A stretch of 64,000 nucleotides of DNA from Pyrodictiaceae archaeon. GTDB taxonomy: Archaea; Thermoproteota; Thermoprotei_A; Sulfolobales; Pyrodictiaceae. The translations under genes and the position numbers were made by a program. The stretch spans positions 246,222-310,221 of the forward strand of contig JALVSY010000030.1 of the NCBI GenBank assembly GCA_027036135.1, written 5' to 3'. The stretch's first letter is position 1. Every line of letters begins with the position of its first letter. The notes under the pieces are model-generated. The model searched no databases and had not been told where the DNA came from. It saw only the letters and a program-made list of their open reading frames with translations. Shown here in pieces: positions 50,166 to 60,929 of this stretch.

Positions 50166-50854
50166 AGCTTATCTATCTCCTTTAATGCCTTGCAGTTTAC
50201 TCTTAAACGTTTACACCATTCCTCTATCTCCTTGTGGTCTATATGATTTTTGAACAATGTGTAAAGGAATACTGCGTCTCCTATGTCTTTTTCGGAGCCC
50301 ATGTAAAGCTTATAGGCTATCTGTAGTTCTAGGGGTGATATCCTAATTACAAATTCATTGTTTATTACGGTCTTTATACTATGAGCTAATGCGTATCTAT
50401 GAATGCTCGTTCTAGCTATCTTTACCTCAATATTTGGAAGAATAGTGTCTCTATATATGAACCTAATACTATATCCTTTTGTAAGGTACTCTCGGTATAC
50501 CCCTCTTACGGATTCCTCATCGGTTATATCGCCCTGCATCATCGTAAAGCCCTCTTCTTGGAGCCTTTTACATAGTTCTACGAAGCGGCTCTCATCTATT
50601 TCCTTGATTATGAAGTCTATATCATCGCTTCTCCTAGCCCTACCAAAGAGTATTGCTGTATAGCCAGCAACTATTACATATCTAATCTCATTCTTCTCAA
50701 GAACCTTAGCGAAATTGAAAGCTATTACGTCCTCCGGCAAAAGCTTCTTCTTGGTAAGATATATCACACGTCTACTTCTATCAATTACTAAGGTCCTATC
50801 CCGGGTAACACTCTTTTCATCATTTCTATTTCCATAAGAATTACTTATTGTCAC
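50162..50854 (-). CDS. Nucleotidyltransferase-fold protein (AbiEii/DUF6036-like)
   Basis: YVIVAGY.A...GR.R.SDDID, ISPLE.QIAYKL..GS.KD..DA. Confidence 0.75.
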   Translation of the reverse strand: MTISNSYGNRNDEKSVTRDRTLVIDRSRRVIYLTKKKLLPEDVIAFNFAKVLEKNEIRYVIVAGYTAILFGRARRSDDIDFIIKEIDESRFVELCKRLQEEGFTMMQGDITDEESVRGVYREYLTKGYSIRFIYRDTILPNIEVKIARTSIHRYALAHSIKTVINNEFVIRISPLELQIAYKLYMGSEKDIGDAVFLYTLFKNHIDHKEIEEWCKRLRVNCKALKEIDKL

Positions 50855-50967
50855 TGTTCTATACCTTCTAGCCCCTCTCTACTCATTGCTAACAAATGGT
50901 TTTGACGCGATGGCTTATTGGGGCTCCTAGACGGTAACATCTACCGATGTTCGGGTGTAAAAGAGAA

Positions 50968-51045
50968 TGGCGGGCCCGCGGGGATTTGAACCCCGGACCT
51001 CCGGCTTAGAAGGCCGGCGCCCTATCCTGGCTAGGCTACGGGCCC
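50968..51045 (-). tRNA. tRNA-Arg(TCT)
   Basis: GGGCCCG...CGGGCCC GCCA; CCGGC-CTTCTAA-GCCGG. Confidence 0.97.
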
Positions 51046-51734
51046 GCCTGGTTCTGGCACCACCGGTGGTGTTGTTCTAGTAGTAGGTGGGGTATATTGT
51101 TTATTCTTGCAGCTCCCTTAATGATAGTGGTTACAGTGTAGTATGCTAGGTCGAAGATTCTCGGCGCCTTTAGTGTTATCGCGATATCGCTTGTGGCTGC
51201 TATGCAGTTGTTTTTCTGCGCTTCCTCTATGATCTGTTTATCGGCGTTCTTGGTAGCCATCGTTTCTATCCCTAGTACTCTTCTCAGGTAGGCTGCTGTT
51301 TCGCCGCTATGGCTTGGCTGGCTATCCAGGACTATGATTGCCTCCTTGGGCTCTAGTCTCTGTAGTGCCTGGGCTAGTACCGGGACTAGTTTATCAATGT
51401 TCTCTATCACTAGGCGTGGCCCAGCGAGCAAAGAATCTCTTAGCATTGTGTCGCTGCACACGTAGAGAGGCGCATCGATCATTGCCGCGTATATCGTGGT
51501 TAGTTGATTGAACCCATCTACTACTAAACAATCCCCTCTTACCTGATCGGGTCCCTGCTTCTTCCTGGCTATTTCCTCGTTGATTTCCGGTGGATGTATA
51601 CAGCGTGACAAAAGGATGAGTGCTTCCCGTGACAAGCCGTGTTTTGAGCGTATGAGCTCGAGTGCTGCTTGCCTAGGGTAGCCGCGGGCGAGCAGGTAGT
51701 ATAGGTCGTAGAAGGCGTTACTTGGTGGCCCCAA
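51036..51734 (-). CDS. DUF434 family protein with a PIN-like domain
   Basis: DL.YLL.RGYP, VVDGFN, SHSG, NADK, ATSD. Confidence 0.85.
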   Translation of the reverse strand: MGPPSNAFYDLYYLLARGYPRQAALELIRSKHGLSREALILLSRCIHPPEINEEIARKKQGPDQVRGDCLVVDGFNQLTTIYAAMIDAPLYVCSDTMLRDSLLAGPRLVIENIDKLVPVLAQALQRLEPKEAIIVLDSQPSHSGETAAYLRRVLGIETMATKNADKQIIEEAQKNNCIAATSDIAITLKAPRIFDLAYYTVTTIIKGAARINNIPHLLLEQHHRWCQNQAGP

Positions 51735-54489
51735 GCTGTTCTCTCACCGCATCCCTTACCAGGTTTATGGCCTCTGCCTCCCTAGTGGCGCCGCCCCGTA
51801 TGTAGAGGTTTATGTGGCTTGGCTTCCCTCCTCCCCTTATGCCGTGTTCTCTTAGCTTCTGCGCCACGGCTCTTAGGTCAATTATCTTTGCTGCTTGTTT
51901 TCCTGCCCCCACCTCTATTACTAGGTCGTTCCCCTTTCTCTCCACGCCTATGGTTATGGCCTCGGGGTCTTTTTCGCTGATCTCTCTCACCGCGTCCTGC
52001 ACTACTCCTCCTAGCGGCGCATCTCCCTTGACGATGTAGAGGTTCACGTTGCCGAGTCTCTCCCTAGTCTCAGTGGCCTGCCTCACTAATAGCTGTACGA
52101 AGTATCTGCGTATACTGGATAGTTGCTTCCTCGCCTCGTTGAGGTCCCTTACTAGCTTCTCTACACGTTTTGCTAGATCCCGTCTGCTTGCCCCTACGAG
52201 CTGGGCAGCCTTATCTAATGTTTCTTCGAGCTTCTTAGCGTAGGTCGCTGTCTCTGTCCCCGCTACTATCTCGAACCTTATTACCCCGTCCTGTAGCTTT
52301 TCCACGTTAACTATCTTTATGCCACCTATCTCAGCTGTATTGGCTACGTGGGTTCCGAAACAGGCCTCAACATCCCACGGGTCTTTCTCATCGCCTATCC
52401 TGAGCACCCTTATGACGGGGCTGAGTGGCACGCCTCCCTGGTAGAGGCGGAAGCCGTAGAGCTGTTCTGCCCTGTTCCGCTCCATTAGTGCCGCGGTGAC
52501 TGGTAACCGGGCTAGGATTGCCTTGTTTGCTAGCTCCTCTATCCTCTCTATCTCCTTCTTCGACGGTAGCTCGTAGTGTGTTAGGTCAAGCCGTGCCTTC
52601 TCCGGAGTCTTCTCAGCTCCTGCCTGCCATACGTGGTTCCCGAGTACTCTGCGAGCAGCACCTAGGAGGACATGAACGGCTGTGTGGTGCCTCATTAGCC
52701 GGTATCTACGCTCCCAGTCAATTACGCCTCTTGCCTTATCACAGTTCCTTGGCGGCTCTTTCTCCAAGACGTGTATGATTACATCGCCTATCTTCTCTAC
52801 GCGCTTCATGGCTATTTGTTGGCCACAAAGCTCTAGGACCCCAGTGTCGTGGAGCTGTCCACCGCCTGTCGGGTAGAAGGCCGTCTGGTCGAGGACCAAG
52901 TACACTCCGTTGACTCCCAGGACTTTTGCCTCGAAGCTCTTGAGGTAGGGGTCTTCGTGGAAGAGGCGCCTTGTCGCGGGGAACTTCCTCGCCCACTCAG
53001 CTATGTCGCTAGGAAGACCTGCTTCCTCTCGCGGTTTTTGTAGAACGCCGCTAGCGCCGTGGCGGTGAGCAACGAGTGCATAGAAGTTATGCGGTACATC
53101 GACTCTTGCTCCTAGCTTCCTAGCAGCTTCTGCTACGAGGTCTGGTGGTACACCCTTGGAGTCGTAGAGCACTATGAGGTCGTCCAGTTCTAGGCTCTTC
53201 TTCCTGCGCAGTAGCTTCTCCACCTCCCTGAGCCCCTTCTCCAGGCTCCTCAGGTAGCGCTTCTCCTCGAGCTCTGTCACGCGTAGTATGTAGTCGTGGT
53301 TATCGAGGAGCTGTGGATAGTAGTCGTGCCCCCAGAACTCTATCTGGTGAGCAACGAGCTCCGATAACGAGATACTAGCTCCTAGCCTCTTGATTACACG
53401 GAGTGCTCTTCGGAGAACTAGGCGGGCTAGGTAGCCTTCACCACTATTGCTTGGCACTATCCCGTCTCCGAGCATTAGTGCCAATGTCTTCGTGTGATCC
53501 AGCAGCGCATAGAGCCCTGCCTCGCGCTCAAGGATATCTCTGACCTGGTCGCTGCCAAGCCCGGTCTCTCTCCCTACTCTCTCATAGTACCCTTTGAGAG
53601 ATGCAGGATCCTCTGGGTCTAGTCTACCAGCGGCCCTAAGGGCTACCCAGAGCAGCTTATCCTCCGGCTTCTCGAGGCCCAGTAGCTTGCGATACTTCTC
53701 TACCAGCTCGCCATATATGGCGTGGAATGCTGTCGGCGTCTTCTGAGTGAACCATGCTATCCTCTCAATACCGTAGCCCGTGTCAACTACTCTGAGCGGT
53801 ATAGGCTCGTATCCCTTATCAGTTACGCGGTACTGCATGAACACAAGAGTTGCTAGCTCGAGCCCACCCACAGTGACCTCGAAGGAGGGGCCAGCGTTTC
53901 CTCCGCCCTCCCACCAGGACTCCTTGAAAGTTACCGCCTCCGGTGGAATGCCTAGCTCCTTTGTGAAGAACTCGAAGGCTAGCTGTAGTGTCTCCTCCTT
54001 CCAATACACTGGTTTATCTGGGTAGTTGAAGGCATGGTGGCCTCCCATCTCGAAGGATGTTAGGTGCCTCCCTAGGGTTACGCCCACATTGTCTATGTCC
54101 TCTAGCCTAATACTGGGCTGAACTATTACAAGGGGATTAGCTGGAGGAGGAACTAATCCACTCGTAACATGTGGTTGGAAGACAACAATGCTCGCTATAG
54201 TTAGGTAAAGGTCCTCACGCCACCTAGCGACAACTGGCCGTGGCTCAACGACCTCGTGGCCGTGCCGGTTAAAGAACTCTATGAATCGCCTACGGGCCTC
54301 ACTTACACTAAGCGGTGGGACGCTGCGCGGCACCTCCCAGAAATAATACTCGACACAGGGCGCGTCGTTGCAGTGGTCCTGGCTAGGGTTAAGTGTCCAG
54401 AAGAATTCTCCGCTTACCCTGCACCGTTTACGAATAAAGCCTTCACGGCGGAAGAACTCAAGCTCGTACTCGCTAGGTGATGCGCTCAA
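51718..54489 (-). CDS. alaS: Alanine-tRNA ligase
   Basis: ARWREDLYLTIASI, ELATLVFMQY, DTGYGIER, HTAVH editing domain, GGG in C-Ala. Confidence 0.98.
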   Translation of the reverse strand: MSASPSEYELEFFRREGFIRKRCRVSGEFFWTLNPSQDHCNDAPCVEYYFWEVPRSVPPLSVSEARRRFIEFFNRHGHEVVEPRPVVARWREDLYLTIASIVVFQPHVTSGLVPPPANPLVIVQPSIRLEDIDNVGVTLGRHLTSFEMGGHHAFNYPDKPVYWKEETLQLAFEFFTKELGIPPEAVTFKESWWEGGGNAGPSFEVTVGGLELATLVFMQYRVTDKGYEPIPLRVVDTGYGIERIAWFTQKTPTAFHAIYGELVEKYRKLLGLEKPEDKLLWVALRAAGRLDPEDPASLKGYYERVGRETGLGSDQVRDILEREAGLYALLDHTKTLALMLGDGIVPSNSGEGYLARLVLRRALRVIKRLGASISLSELVAHQIEFWGHDYYPQLLDNHDYILRVTELEEKRYLRSLEKGLREVEKLLRRKKSLELDDLIVLYDSKGVPPDLVAEAARKLGARVDVPHNFYALVAHRHGASGVLQKPREEAGLPSDIAEWARKFPATRRLFHEDPYLKSFEAKVLGVNGVYLVLDQTAFYPTGGGQLHDTGVLELCGQQIAMKRVEKIGDVIIHVLEKEPPRNCDKARGVIDWERRYRLMRHHTAVHVLLGAARRVLGNHVWQAGAEKTPEKARLDLTHYELPSKKEIERIEELANKAILARLPVTAALMERNRAEQLYGFRLYQGGVPLSPVIRVLRIGDEKDPWDVEACFGTHVANTAEIGGIKIVNVEKLQDGVIRFEIVAGTETATYAKKLEETLDKAAQLVGASRRDLAKRVEKLVRDLNEARKQLSSIRRYFVQLLVRQATETRERLGNVNLYIVKGDAPLGGVVQDAVREISEKDPEAITIGVERKGNDLVIEVGAGKQAAKIIDLRAVAQKLREHGIRGGGKPSHINLYIRGGATREAEAINLVRDAVREQLGATK

Positions 54490-54645
54490 CTAGCTACCCC
54501 TAGGCCTAGACCGGGAGCCTAGCCCCCCTATAGTGCTTAGCCTTAGAACCAATAACCGAGCTGAGGGAGTTGAAACAAATTCATCGCATTTAGGTAGAAT
54601 TGTTTTTATGAATAGGAGGCGCGTGAAATGAGAGAAATAGGGCGG

Positions 54646-55683
54646 CTAGAACCCGAAGAGGCTCTCTAGGCCAGCGGCTAGTTGTTCCTCGCTAACCTCT
54701 TCCTTCTTTTCCTCCTCTTTCTTCTCCTCTTCCTCTTCTTCCTTCTTCTCCTCAGCAGCTGGCGCGGCTACTGGTGCAGCTACCTCTATCTCTATTCCTA
54801 GCTCCTTAGCCTTGTCCCCAAGCGCTGCCACCACAGTTAATGCCTTGTTAATAGCGAGTCTTAGCACGTACTCTGCGTTGTCCGGTGTCACGTAGCCAGC
54901 CTCGGCAGCTACTGCCAGTGCTCTCCTCACAGCTAGCGGTATTGCTACCTCTAGTACCTCTGGCTCCGGATATGCTATCTCGACTCCTAGCCAGAGCGCG
55001 TTCAAGTGTGCACGCATTACATCGTTGCGGTAAGCCTCAAGATCTAGTATTAGCTGGTCGCCTGGGATGACTACCCCAGAGTCGTAAGCGGCCTTTATCT
55101 TGAGCTTGACTATTATTGGCTCTATGCCTAGCTTCTGGAGAAGAGATGCTAGCTCAGGGCTAATAGTGTCCCCGGGCTTGGCTACCTTAGTATCCTTTGC
55201 TATCCAGATGGTTCCTCCCTGGACCCTTATTGGGACTTTGAGCTTGCCGAAGACGCTCATAATCGGGCCAGGCTTGAACCCAGTGTTACCTGCTGGGAGT
55301 ACTATCTCTGTTGGTGCAGTGTCCCCAGGCTTAGCTGGCGCGGTGGTAAACATCCGGTCTATGGCCATTGCTACCTCGAACGGGTTTAGATTAGTGAATA
55401 CGAACATATTGACTCCTGTAAGGTAGTCCTCCAAGGGCTTGGGGTCTATACCAGCCCTTTCTAGCGCGATTCGGAACAGTGTGTTCTTAGCAACCCTCAT
55501 GACGAGGGCGTTTCCTAGCTTTCTCTCAATCTTTCTCCGCAGCTTCTGTAGCTGCGCTGTTGGGGTCTTCATCAAGTCTATGATAAGTATCACTTTGTGC
55601 GACTTAGCTAGCTCGGTTAGCTCCTCTACCTCCTTTATCTTCCACTCGGGTATCCTCTTTGCACGCGTGGTCACATACGCCAT
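54646..55683 (-). CDS. rpl10: 50S ribosomal protein L10 (P0)
   Basis: IPEWK, KNTL, acidic tail ending LESLFGF. Confidence 0.96.
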   Translation of the reverse strand: MAYVTTRAKRIPEWKIKEVEELTELAKSHKVILIIDLMKTPTAQLQKLRRKIERKLGNALVMRVAKNTLFRIALERAGIDPKPLEDYLTGVNMFVFTNLNPFEVAMAIDRMFTTAPAKPGDTAPTEIVLPAGNTGFKPGPIMSVFGKLKVPIRVQGGTIWIAKDTKVAKPGDTISPELASLLQKLGIEPIIVKLKIKAAYDSGVVIPGDQLILDLEAYRNDVMRAHLNALWLGVEIAYPEPEVLEVAIPLAVRRALAVAAEAGYVTPDNAEYVLRLAINKALTVVAALGDKAKELGIEIEVAAPVAAPAAEEKKEEEEEEKKEEEKKEEVSEEQLAAGLESLFGF

Positions 55684-55703
55684 GTAAGAGACACCTCTCC
55701 TCC

Positions 55704-56372
55704 TTACTCTGGCCTAGCTAGGTAGAAGGGAACCTCTACTGGGGGCCCCATGGTGGTCTTTACTATTATTCTTGCTATGTTCTGGCGCGGATTTGGCAAC
55801 CTGTTTTCAAGTGTTGATAGCACCTTGAAAATGTTCTCTGTTATCTCCTTGGGGTCCATGTCCTCGGTTCCGACTCTGCACGCTACTTGTGGCTGATCCT
55901 TTGTCCTAAGAATCACGGCTGCGCGATACCTATTCACGAAGTCAACAATGTTAGCATTAGGGGGTACGGGGACAGGCACCTTTCCTCTCGGGCCTAGGGC
56001 TGGTGCTAGTGTACGGCCTACGAGAGGCATTAGGTCTGTACGTACGAGCACCCAGTCGCATGCCTCGGCTATCTTCTTCGCCGCCTTACGATTACCTACT
56101 AGGCCTTGTAGCTCCTCCCTCGTGATGACCCGGTCTGCTACTTCGCGGGCCTTAACAGCCATGTCGCCATCAGCTGCTACACATATCGTTGTCTTCTTCC
56201 GAGGCGGGTTAGGCAGGAACACTATCTCCCTAAGCCTCATCTGTGGATTCTTTAAGTCAATGTCCTTGAGCACTACTATTAGCTCTACTGCCTGCTTAAA
56301 GTTCCTAGGAGGACTACCCTCTATGGCCTCGCGCACGGCCTTCTCAACAAGGTCTCGCGGCACGAACGACAC
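55704..56372 (-). CDS. rpl1: 50S ribosomal protein L1
   Basis: RNFKQAVE, LGPRGK.P, KTTMGP. Confidence 0.96.
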   Translation of the reverse strand: MSFVPRDLVEKAVREAIEGSPPRNFKQAVELIVVLKDIDLKNPQMRLREIVFLPNPPRKKTTICVAADGDMAVKAREVADRVITREELQGLVGNRKAAKKIAEACDWVLVRTDLMPLVGRTLAPALGPRGKVPVPVPPNANIVDFVNRYRAAVILRTKDQPQVACRVGTEDMDPKEITENIFKVLSTLENRLPNPRQNIARIIVKTTMGPPVEVPFYLARPE

Positions 56373-56414
56373 TAGCGTACACCCCGTCTAGCCTGGTACA
56401 AGGGGGTAGGGGGT

Positions 56415-56915
56415 CTAAGCCTTCTCCCACTCCTCTTCATACTTTGCTAGTACCGCGTCGTAGACTCCGCTCTCTACTTCCTGTGTTACCTGCTTAGGGT
56501 CCTTGCCATCAACTGTTATGCCTATGCTCCTAGCAGAGCCAAGGATTGTCTTGACAGCAGCTTTAAGCGTCTTAGCATTAAGGGATGGTTTCTTGAGGAT
56601 GGCTATCTCAACTATTTTCTCGAATGATAGATCTCCTATCTTCTGGTGCATTGGGTCACCGGAGGGCTCTTTTGCACCTACTGCTTTGAGTAATAACTCT
56701 GTAGTTGTCGGTGGCTTTATCTCTATGTCGTATTCCTTTGTGTCCTCGTCAACCATTATCTTTATTGTTACCTCGAAGCCCTTGTACTTCTCGGTGAGCT
56801 TGTTCAACTCCTCACGCAACTTGGTTAGGTCAAGCCCGCTCTTCTTAAGCGTGGACAACGCGTCTTCTGTTACTTGGCCACCCTTAGCCTTGACGGTATA
56901 TACTCTTATCCCCAT
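56415..56915 (-). CDS. rpl11: 50S ribosomal protein L11
   Basis: [26 protein letters not shown]. Confidence 0.93.
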   Translation of the reverse strand: MGIRVYTVKAKGGQVTEDALSTLKKSGLDLTKLREELNKLTEKYKGFEVTIKIMVDEDTKEYDIEIKPPTTTELLLKAVGAKEPSGDPMHQKIGDLSFEKIVEIAILKKPSLNAKTLKAAVKTILGSARSIGITVDGKDPKQVTQEVESGVYDAVLAKYEEEWEKA

Positions 56916-57424
56916 TACTGGCCACCTCTCTCCTTTGCTGGGCGCACCGAGTCACCCGGTACCGTGATTTGGAGTGGGTACTCAATCTCAAGCACATTTA
57001 AAACTACCTCATTCTTACCGGGCACAACTCTAACTACTTGTGCCTTCATGCCACGGAATGGCCCTGATATTATTTCAACGATGTCTCCAGGCTTGAGAGT
57101 CTCCACGACGGCCTCAGGCTTCAACAATCTCTCAACATCCTCGTAGCGCAAGATACCGGGGACAACGCCCTTTGCATACCTTATACCCTGTATAGCGTTC
57201 GATGCGTGGAACGCTGCTGGCGTCTCAACTATAACGTAGCCCTTTATCCTCGGCGGAACTATCACAGCATATATCGGTATGTCCTCGTCCCTTGCCTTCT
57301 GCTCTATTATTAAGGCCACGTCCAGCTCACGGCCAGCAACAGTCCTTACAGCAAATAGTCTTGGCTCAAGCCTGGGCCTAGCTTTTTCCTCAGCCTTTGC
57401 CTCTTCACTCAAAGGCCTCTTCAC
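56915..57424 (-). CDS. spt5: Transcription elongation factor Spt5
   Basis: NGN domain (KGYVIVE) plus KOW ([12 protein letters not shown]). Confidence 0.95.
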   Translation of the reverse strand: MKRPLSEEAKAEEKARPRLEPRLFAVRTVAGRELDVALIIEQKARDEDIPIYAVIVPPRIKGYVIVETPAAFHASNAIQGIRYAKGVVPGILRYEDVERLLKPEAVVETLKPGDIVEIISGPFRGMKAQVVRVVPGKNEVVLNVLEIEYPLQITVPGDSVRPAKERGGQ

Positions 57425-57621
57425 CCAGTAATGAGCTTAACAGCTACTAGCTGTATGAGATACGCAACAGATCCAACCAACAAGATAGTAAGCCACATTA
57501 TCTTCGCGGTCTGTTTGTACTCATCCATATCAGGTTTCTTGAGACGCTGGAGTATCAGCCGCCACTCATGAAGCGTCATCTTTATTTTCCCTATTATTCC
57601 CGGAGCCTCCTCTGACGCCAT
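57421..57621 (-). CDS. secE: Protein translocase SecE (Sec61 gamma)
   Basis: KKPD..EY..TAK plus TM helix. Confidence 0.92.
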   Translation of the reverse strand: MASEEAPGIIGKIKMTLHEWRLILQRLKKPDMDEYKQTAKIMWLTILLVGSVAYLIQLVAVKLITG

Positions 57622-57707
57622 ATCCTTCTACCCCCTAGTGGCTTTCCTCGGCTCTAGGGAAATGTAGGTTTTGCCTATCCAATGTGATAAGAGGCTAAGC
57701 CTTTTAC

Positions 57708-58637
57708 TCACACTATGCCCTCAAGAAGCTTCTTTACATAAGCCTTGGGGTTAAAGGGCTCCAAGTCCTCGTAACGCTGACCAACGCCAAGGAATAATAT
57801 AGGCTTATTAATTACAGCGGCTATGGTTAGAGCGCTGCCGCCCTTCACGTCTGCGTCAACCTTTGTTAGTACAACAAAGTCTATCCCGACAGCTTCATCA
57901 AAGAAGTGTGCTTGCTCAACGGCATCGTTCCCGGTTAGTGCGTCGACGACGAGTACCTTGTAGTCAGGTTTTGCTACGCGAGTTATTTTCCTAAGCTCCT
58001 CCATTAGGTCCTCGTCTGTGTGCATCCTGCCAGCAGTATCAGCTAAAACGACTCTATAGCCTCGTGCCCTAGCGTATTCTATGGCGTCATAGACTACTGA
58101 GGCCGGGTCAGCGCCATAGCGTCCACCTATAAAGGGTACCCCTAGCTTCTCAGCATGCATCTTTAACTGTTCCTGAGCACCAGCACGAAAAGTATCAGCC
58201 GCAGCAATGACGGGTGTAACGTTATTCTTTCTAAGCATATAGGCGAACTTAGCTATAGTAGTCGTCTTACCTACGCCGTTAACGCCGAAGAATAATATTC
58301 TCAAGGGATTGCTGGGGTCACGCTTCTTTGCCTCCTCAACAATGTTAACTGGCCTATAATTCCTAGAAACTATATCCTCTATTACCTCTGCAAGGGTATC
58401 TATTACATACTGTCGTACATCCTTGAATCGTGGAACCTTTGTACCAACTAGCTTCTTCTTAATAAGCTCCCCTATCTCCTCGGCAACTTCTAGAGCGACA
58501 TCACTCTCTACCAGGCTTATCGTCAGCTCCTCTATAATTGGCTCCAGATCCTCTTCCTTAACCTCCTTTGTAGTAATTGTCTCGCTTACGGTATCAACGA
58601 AACGCTTTAAGGCTTTCTTGAGCTTGTTAAATACCAT
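57708..58637 (-). CDS. ftsY: SRP receptor FtsY
   Basis: GVNGVGKTTT, DTFRAGA, DTAGR, TKVD. Confidence 0.97.
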   Translation of the reverse strand: MVFNKLKKALKRFVDTVSETITTKEVKEEDLEPIIEELTISLVESDVALEVAEEIGELIKKKLVGTKVPRFKDVRQYVIDTLAEVIEDIVSRNYRPVNIVEEAKKRDPSNPLRILFFGVNGVGKTTTIAKFAYMLRKNNVTPVIAAADTFRAGAQEQLKMHAEKLGVPFIGGRYGADPASVVYDAIEYARARGYRVVLADTAGRMHTDEDLMEELRKITRVAKPDYKVLVVDALTGNDAVEQAHFFDEAVGIDFVVLTKVDADVKGGSALTIAAVINKPILFLGVGQRYEDLEPFNPKAYVKKLLEGIV

Positions 58638-58804
58638 GGCTAAAACCCTCTTGCTTCTCGCAAAGAGCTATTAAGCTATAAAGCAACGATTTCAGTATTA
58701 TATGGAGTCTATGTTCCACTTACGTCCCTAAAAACTATGAAGCAGTGAGAATACCGTTCTCTATGTACAAGGACTAAAGAATTGCAGTAATGTTGGCTAT
58801 CAAG

Positions 58805-59257
58805 CTACTGCTGTTTCCTTTGTTGTGCTTGTTGAAGTGCTTGCTCAACTGCAGAGCGTAATGTCATATAGTACTGTGTTAGTTGTGCTAGTTCGCGGTT
58901 ATAACTATCTAGGAGCTTTGATGTCGCCGATTTCTCCTCCCTTATAACCTCAAGTGCTTTGTCCTTCTCAAGCTCTATGAATATATCCAGCCCGGCGTGG
59001 AGTAGTACTCTCTCTATCGGCTTTATCTCTCCCCTAACGAATACCGTGCCGGACGCATCAAGCGGGACAAAGGAGTCCTCGGAGCCCTTCTCTAGGTTCA
59101 ATATAGCATCCTCTACCGTTGATAACCTAGTGATTCTAGCAGATAGCTCGGCTACGAGTTCTTGGAGCTGTTTTAACTGGTTCTCGAGGAGACTAAGCTG
59201 GGCAATGGCCTCCTCGAGCGTTATTGCTCTCTGTTCTTGGCTCAAGGCTTTTCCCAC
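58805..59257 (-). CDS. pfdA: Prefoldin alpha subunit
   Basis: Coiled coils flanking beta hairpins; conserved synteny. Confidence 0.9.
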   Translation of the reverse strand: MGKALSQEQRAITLEEAIAQLSLLENQLKQLQELVAELSARITRLSTVEDAILNLEKGSEDSFVPLDASGTVFVRGEIKPIERVLLHAGLDIFIELEKDKALEVIREEKSATSKLLDSYNRELAQLTQYYMTLRSAVEQALQQAQQRKQQ

Positions 59258-59505
59258 CTTGTGAGTTTGGAGAGCTCAACCACTTGTATGTCCTCTACCT
59301 GCTCAGGGGGAACCTCCTCTACTTTTTCAATTCTAATGTGGAACCTCTTTATCTTATGATTACTGCCCAGCTCTGAGAGAACCTTTTCCACTGCATGCTC
59401 TGGTTTCAAGGCCCTAACGTATTTGCGGAAAGGCCACCACTCCGGCATCTTGTATGGCCTTATCAGTATCTTTCCCTCAACAAGATAGATCTTGACGTCG
59501 CCCAT
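59242..59505 (-). CDS. rpl18a: 50S ribosomal protein L18Ae (LX)
   Basis: F.K.VRA..EHAVEKV.SELGS.H. Confidence 0.93.
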   Translation of the reverse strand: MGDVKIYLVEGKILIRPYKMPEWWPFRKYVRALKPEHAVEKVLSELGSNHKIKRFHIRIEKVEEVPPEQVEDIQVVELSKLTRWEKP

Positions 59506-59549
59506 TGTAGTCCCCCTCTCTTCTTTGGTTCCCGAGCACCCTATTCTGC

Positions 59550-60221
59550 TTAGAGCCTTAAAGCTTGCTGTATCCTCATTAATTCTGGACCCGTTGTCTC
59601 GTCTCCTACTAAGGCACCCTTGTCATTAGCGACTAGGCCCGCTTTAACGAAGTATAGGCCGAAGTTCACCGTGGCTGTAGCAAATCCTACACCGAAAAGA
59701 TTTGTAAGCATCTTTATCTCTTCGTCACTTACACCAGGGTGGACAACGCCCCCCCTATTCGTGACAACTATCATCGAGCCAACTGTTGGCATGTTAGCGA
59801 GAGGCTTCTGCAGCACCCTATCTACTCCTAGTACCTCTTGTATCTTCTTAATAGCGGCGACATCTATACTCGGCGATACCAGGGCACCAACATTGTTAGC
59901 AGCTATTAGATTTCCTAGAGCAGTCTGCCTTATGTTCAACACCTCTATTCTCATCTTGTCACCAATTAATTGCCTGAGGGCATCATACTCATCGGGTCTA
60001 ACTATACGTGGTAATAGCAACCCCTTATCGTTACCAGCAACCATTACGCCATTTATTATCATATCAGCTATCTTAGTCTCAATAACATCAACTCCTAGAA
60101 CGTCCTCAATGAGCTTCTTATCTTTGGGTGTAATTGTTGGTGGTACAAGAGCTATATAGTTATTCACGAAAATATATACACCTATATTAGGGTTACCATG
60201 TATATTAAGATAATCAATCAT
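59550..60221 (-). CDS. eif6: Translation initiation factor 6
   Basis: [24 protein letters not shown]. Confidence 0.96.
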   Translation of the reverse strand: MIDYLNIHGNPNIGVYIFVNNYIALVPPTITPKDKKLIEDVLGVDVIETKIADMIINGVMVAGNDKGLLLPRIVRPDEYDALRQLIGDKMRIEVLNIRQTALGNLIAANNVGALVSPSIDVAAIKKIQEVLGVDRVLQKPLANMPTVGSMIVVTNRGGVVHPGVSDEEIKMLTNLFGVGFATATVNFGLYFVKAGLVANDKGALVGDETTGPELMRIQQALRL

Positions 60222-60415
60222 TCCCGCAACAACACCTCTCTAGCTACGTACCCGCTTTCCTAGAAAAGGAAAGAGCTTAGCAAAATACCCTATAGACAAT
60301 AAGTAGACAGCCAATAACATTACTACAGCTATAGTAAAGATCATGTAAAGAGTACAAGGATACTAAGCAGTTCAAGCTACTAGGGAAGGCAGTATCAATG
60401 CCCTAATAGAATACT

Positions 60416-60712
60416 TTAGTGCTGCCGTGTCTTTACCTTACTTTCTCTAACTAATACTACTTTGACTTTTCCGGATTCCTGGTCTTTTACTGCTTTCACA
60501 GTTACTCTTCTCGGCGGCTTCTCGATACTACGCGACCAAATGTACTCATTGACATTGTTGTGTATCACTACGTCCTTCTCTTCTACCCCAAAGTGCCTAG
60601 CAATGAACCTGCGTACTAGCCTTATAGCTCTTGCCGCTCTATTTGCCCTCCTACCCCAATAGACCTTATATATAGGTATTGTGTAAATGGCCTCCTTCTT
60701 ATCCTTAGGCAT
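60416..60712 (-). CDS. rpl31e: 50S ribosomal protein L31e
   Basis: YTIP, RAARAI, VNEYIWSR.IEKPP. Confidence 0.95.
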   Translation of the reverse strand: MPKDKKEAIYTIPIYKVYWGRRANRAARAIRLVRRFIARHFGVEEKDVVIHNNVNEYIWSRSIEKPPRRVTVKAVKDQESGKVKVVLVRESKVKTRQH

Positions 60713-60742
60713 AAGAAGCTCACCCCTCTCATTTTAAGCAGC

Positions 60743-60898
60743 TTAGGCTTTCAGCTTAACCCTTCTCCAATGCCTTCTCTTCGGATGATCACGGAACTTT
60801 CTCATTGTGCGCATAATTACCCATAGCGGTACTGAGCGGTTTTGCTTAAGCGCCTTGGCTAGGCGGAGTTTCTTCCCCAGCGGCTTGAAGTGCGCCAT
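60743..60898 (-). CDS. rpl39e: 50S ribosomal protein L39e (not in the ORF track; 51 aa)
   Basis: [27 protein letters not shown]...[14 protein letters not shown]. Confidence 0.96.
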   Translation of the reverse strand: MAHFKPLGKKLRLAKALKQNRSVPLWVIMRTMRKFRDHPKRRHWRRVKLKA

Positions 60899-60929
60899 CC
60901 TATTGCCGCCCCCGTGGCCCTATCCTTAC

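Larger units (their letters stand above)
47340..50950. mobile_element. AT-rich accessory island downstream of the tRNA-Arg(TCT) 3' end
   Basis: Composition shift, decayed ORFs, TA-like pair next to the tRNA; no integrase seen. Confidence 0.45.
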
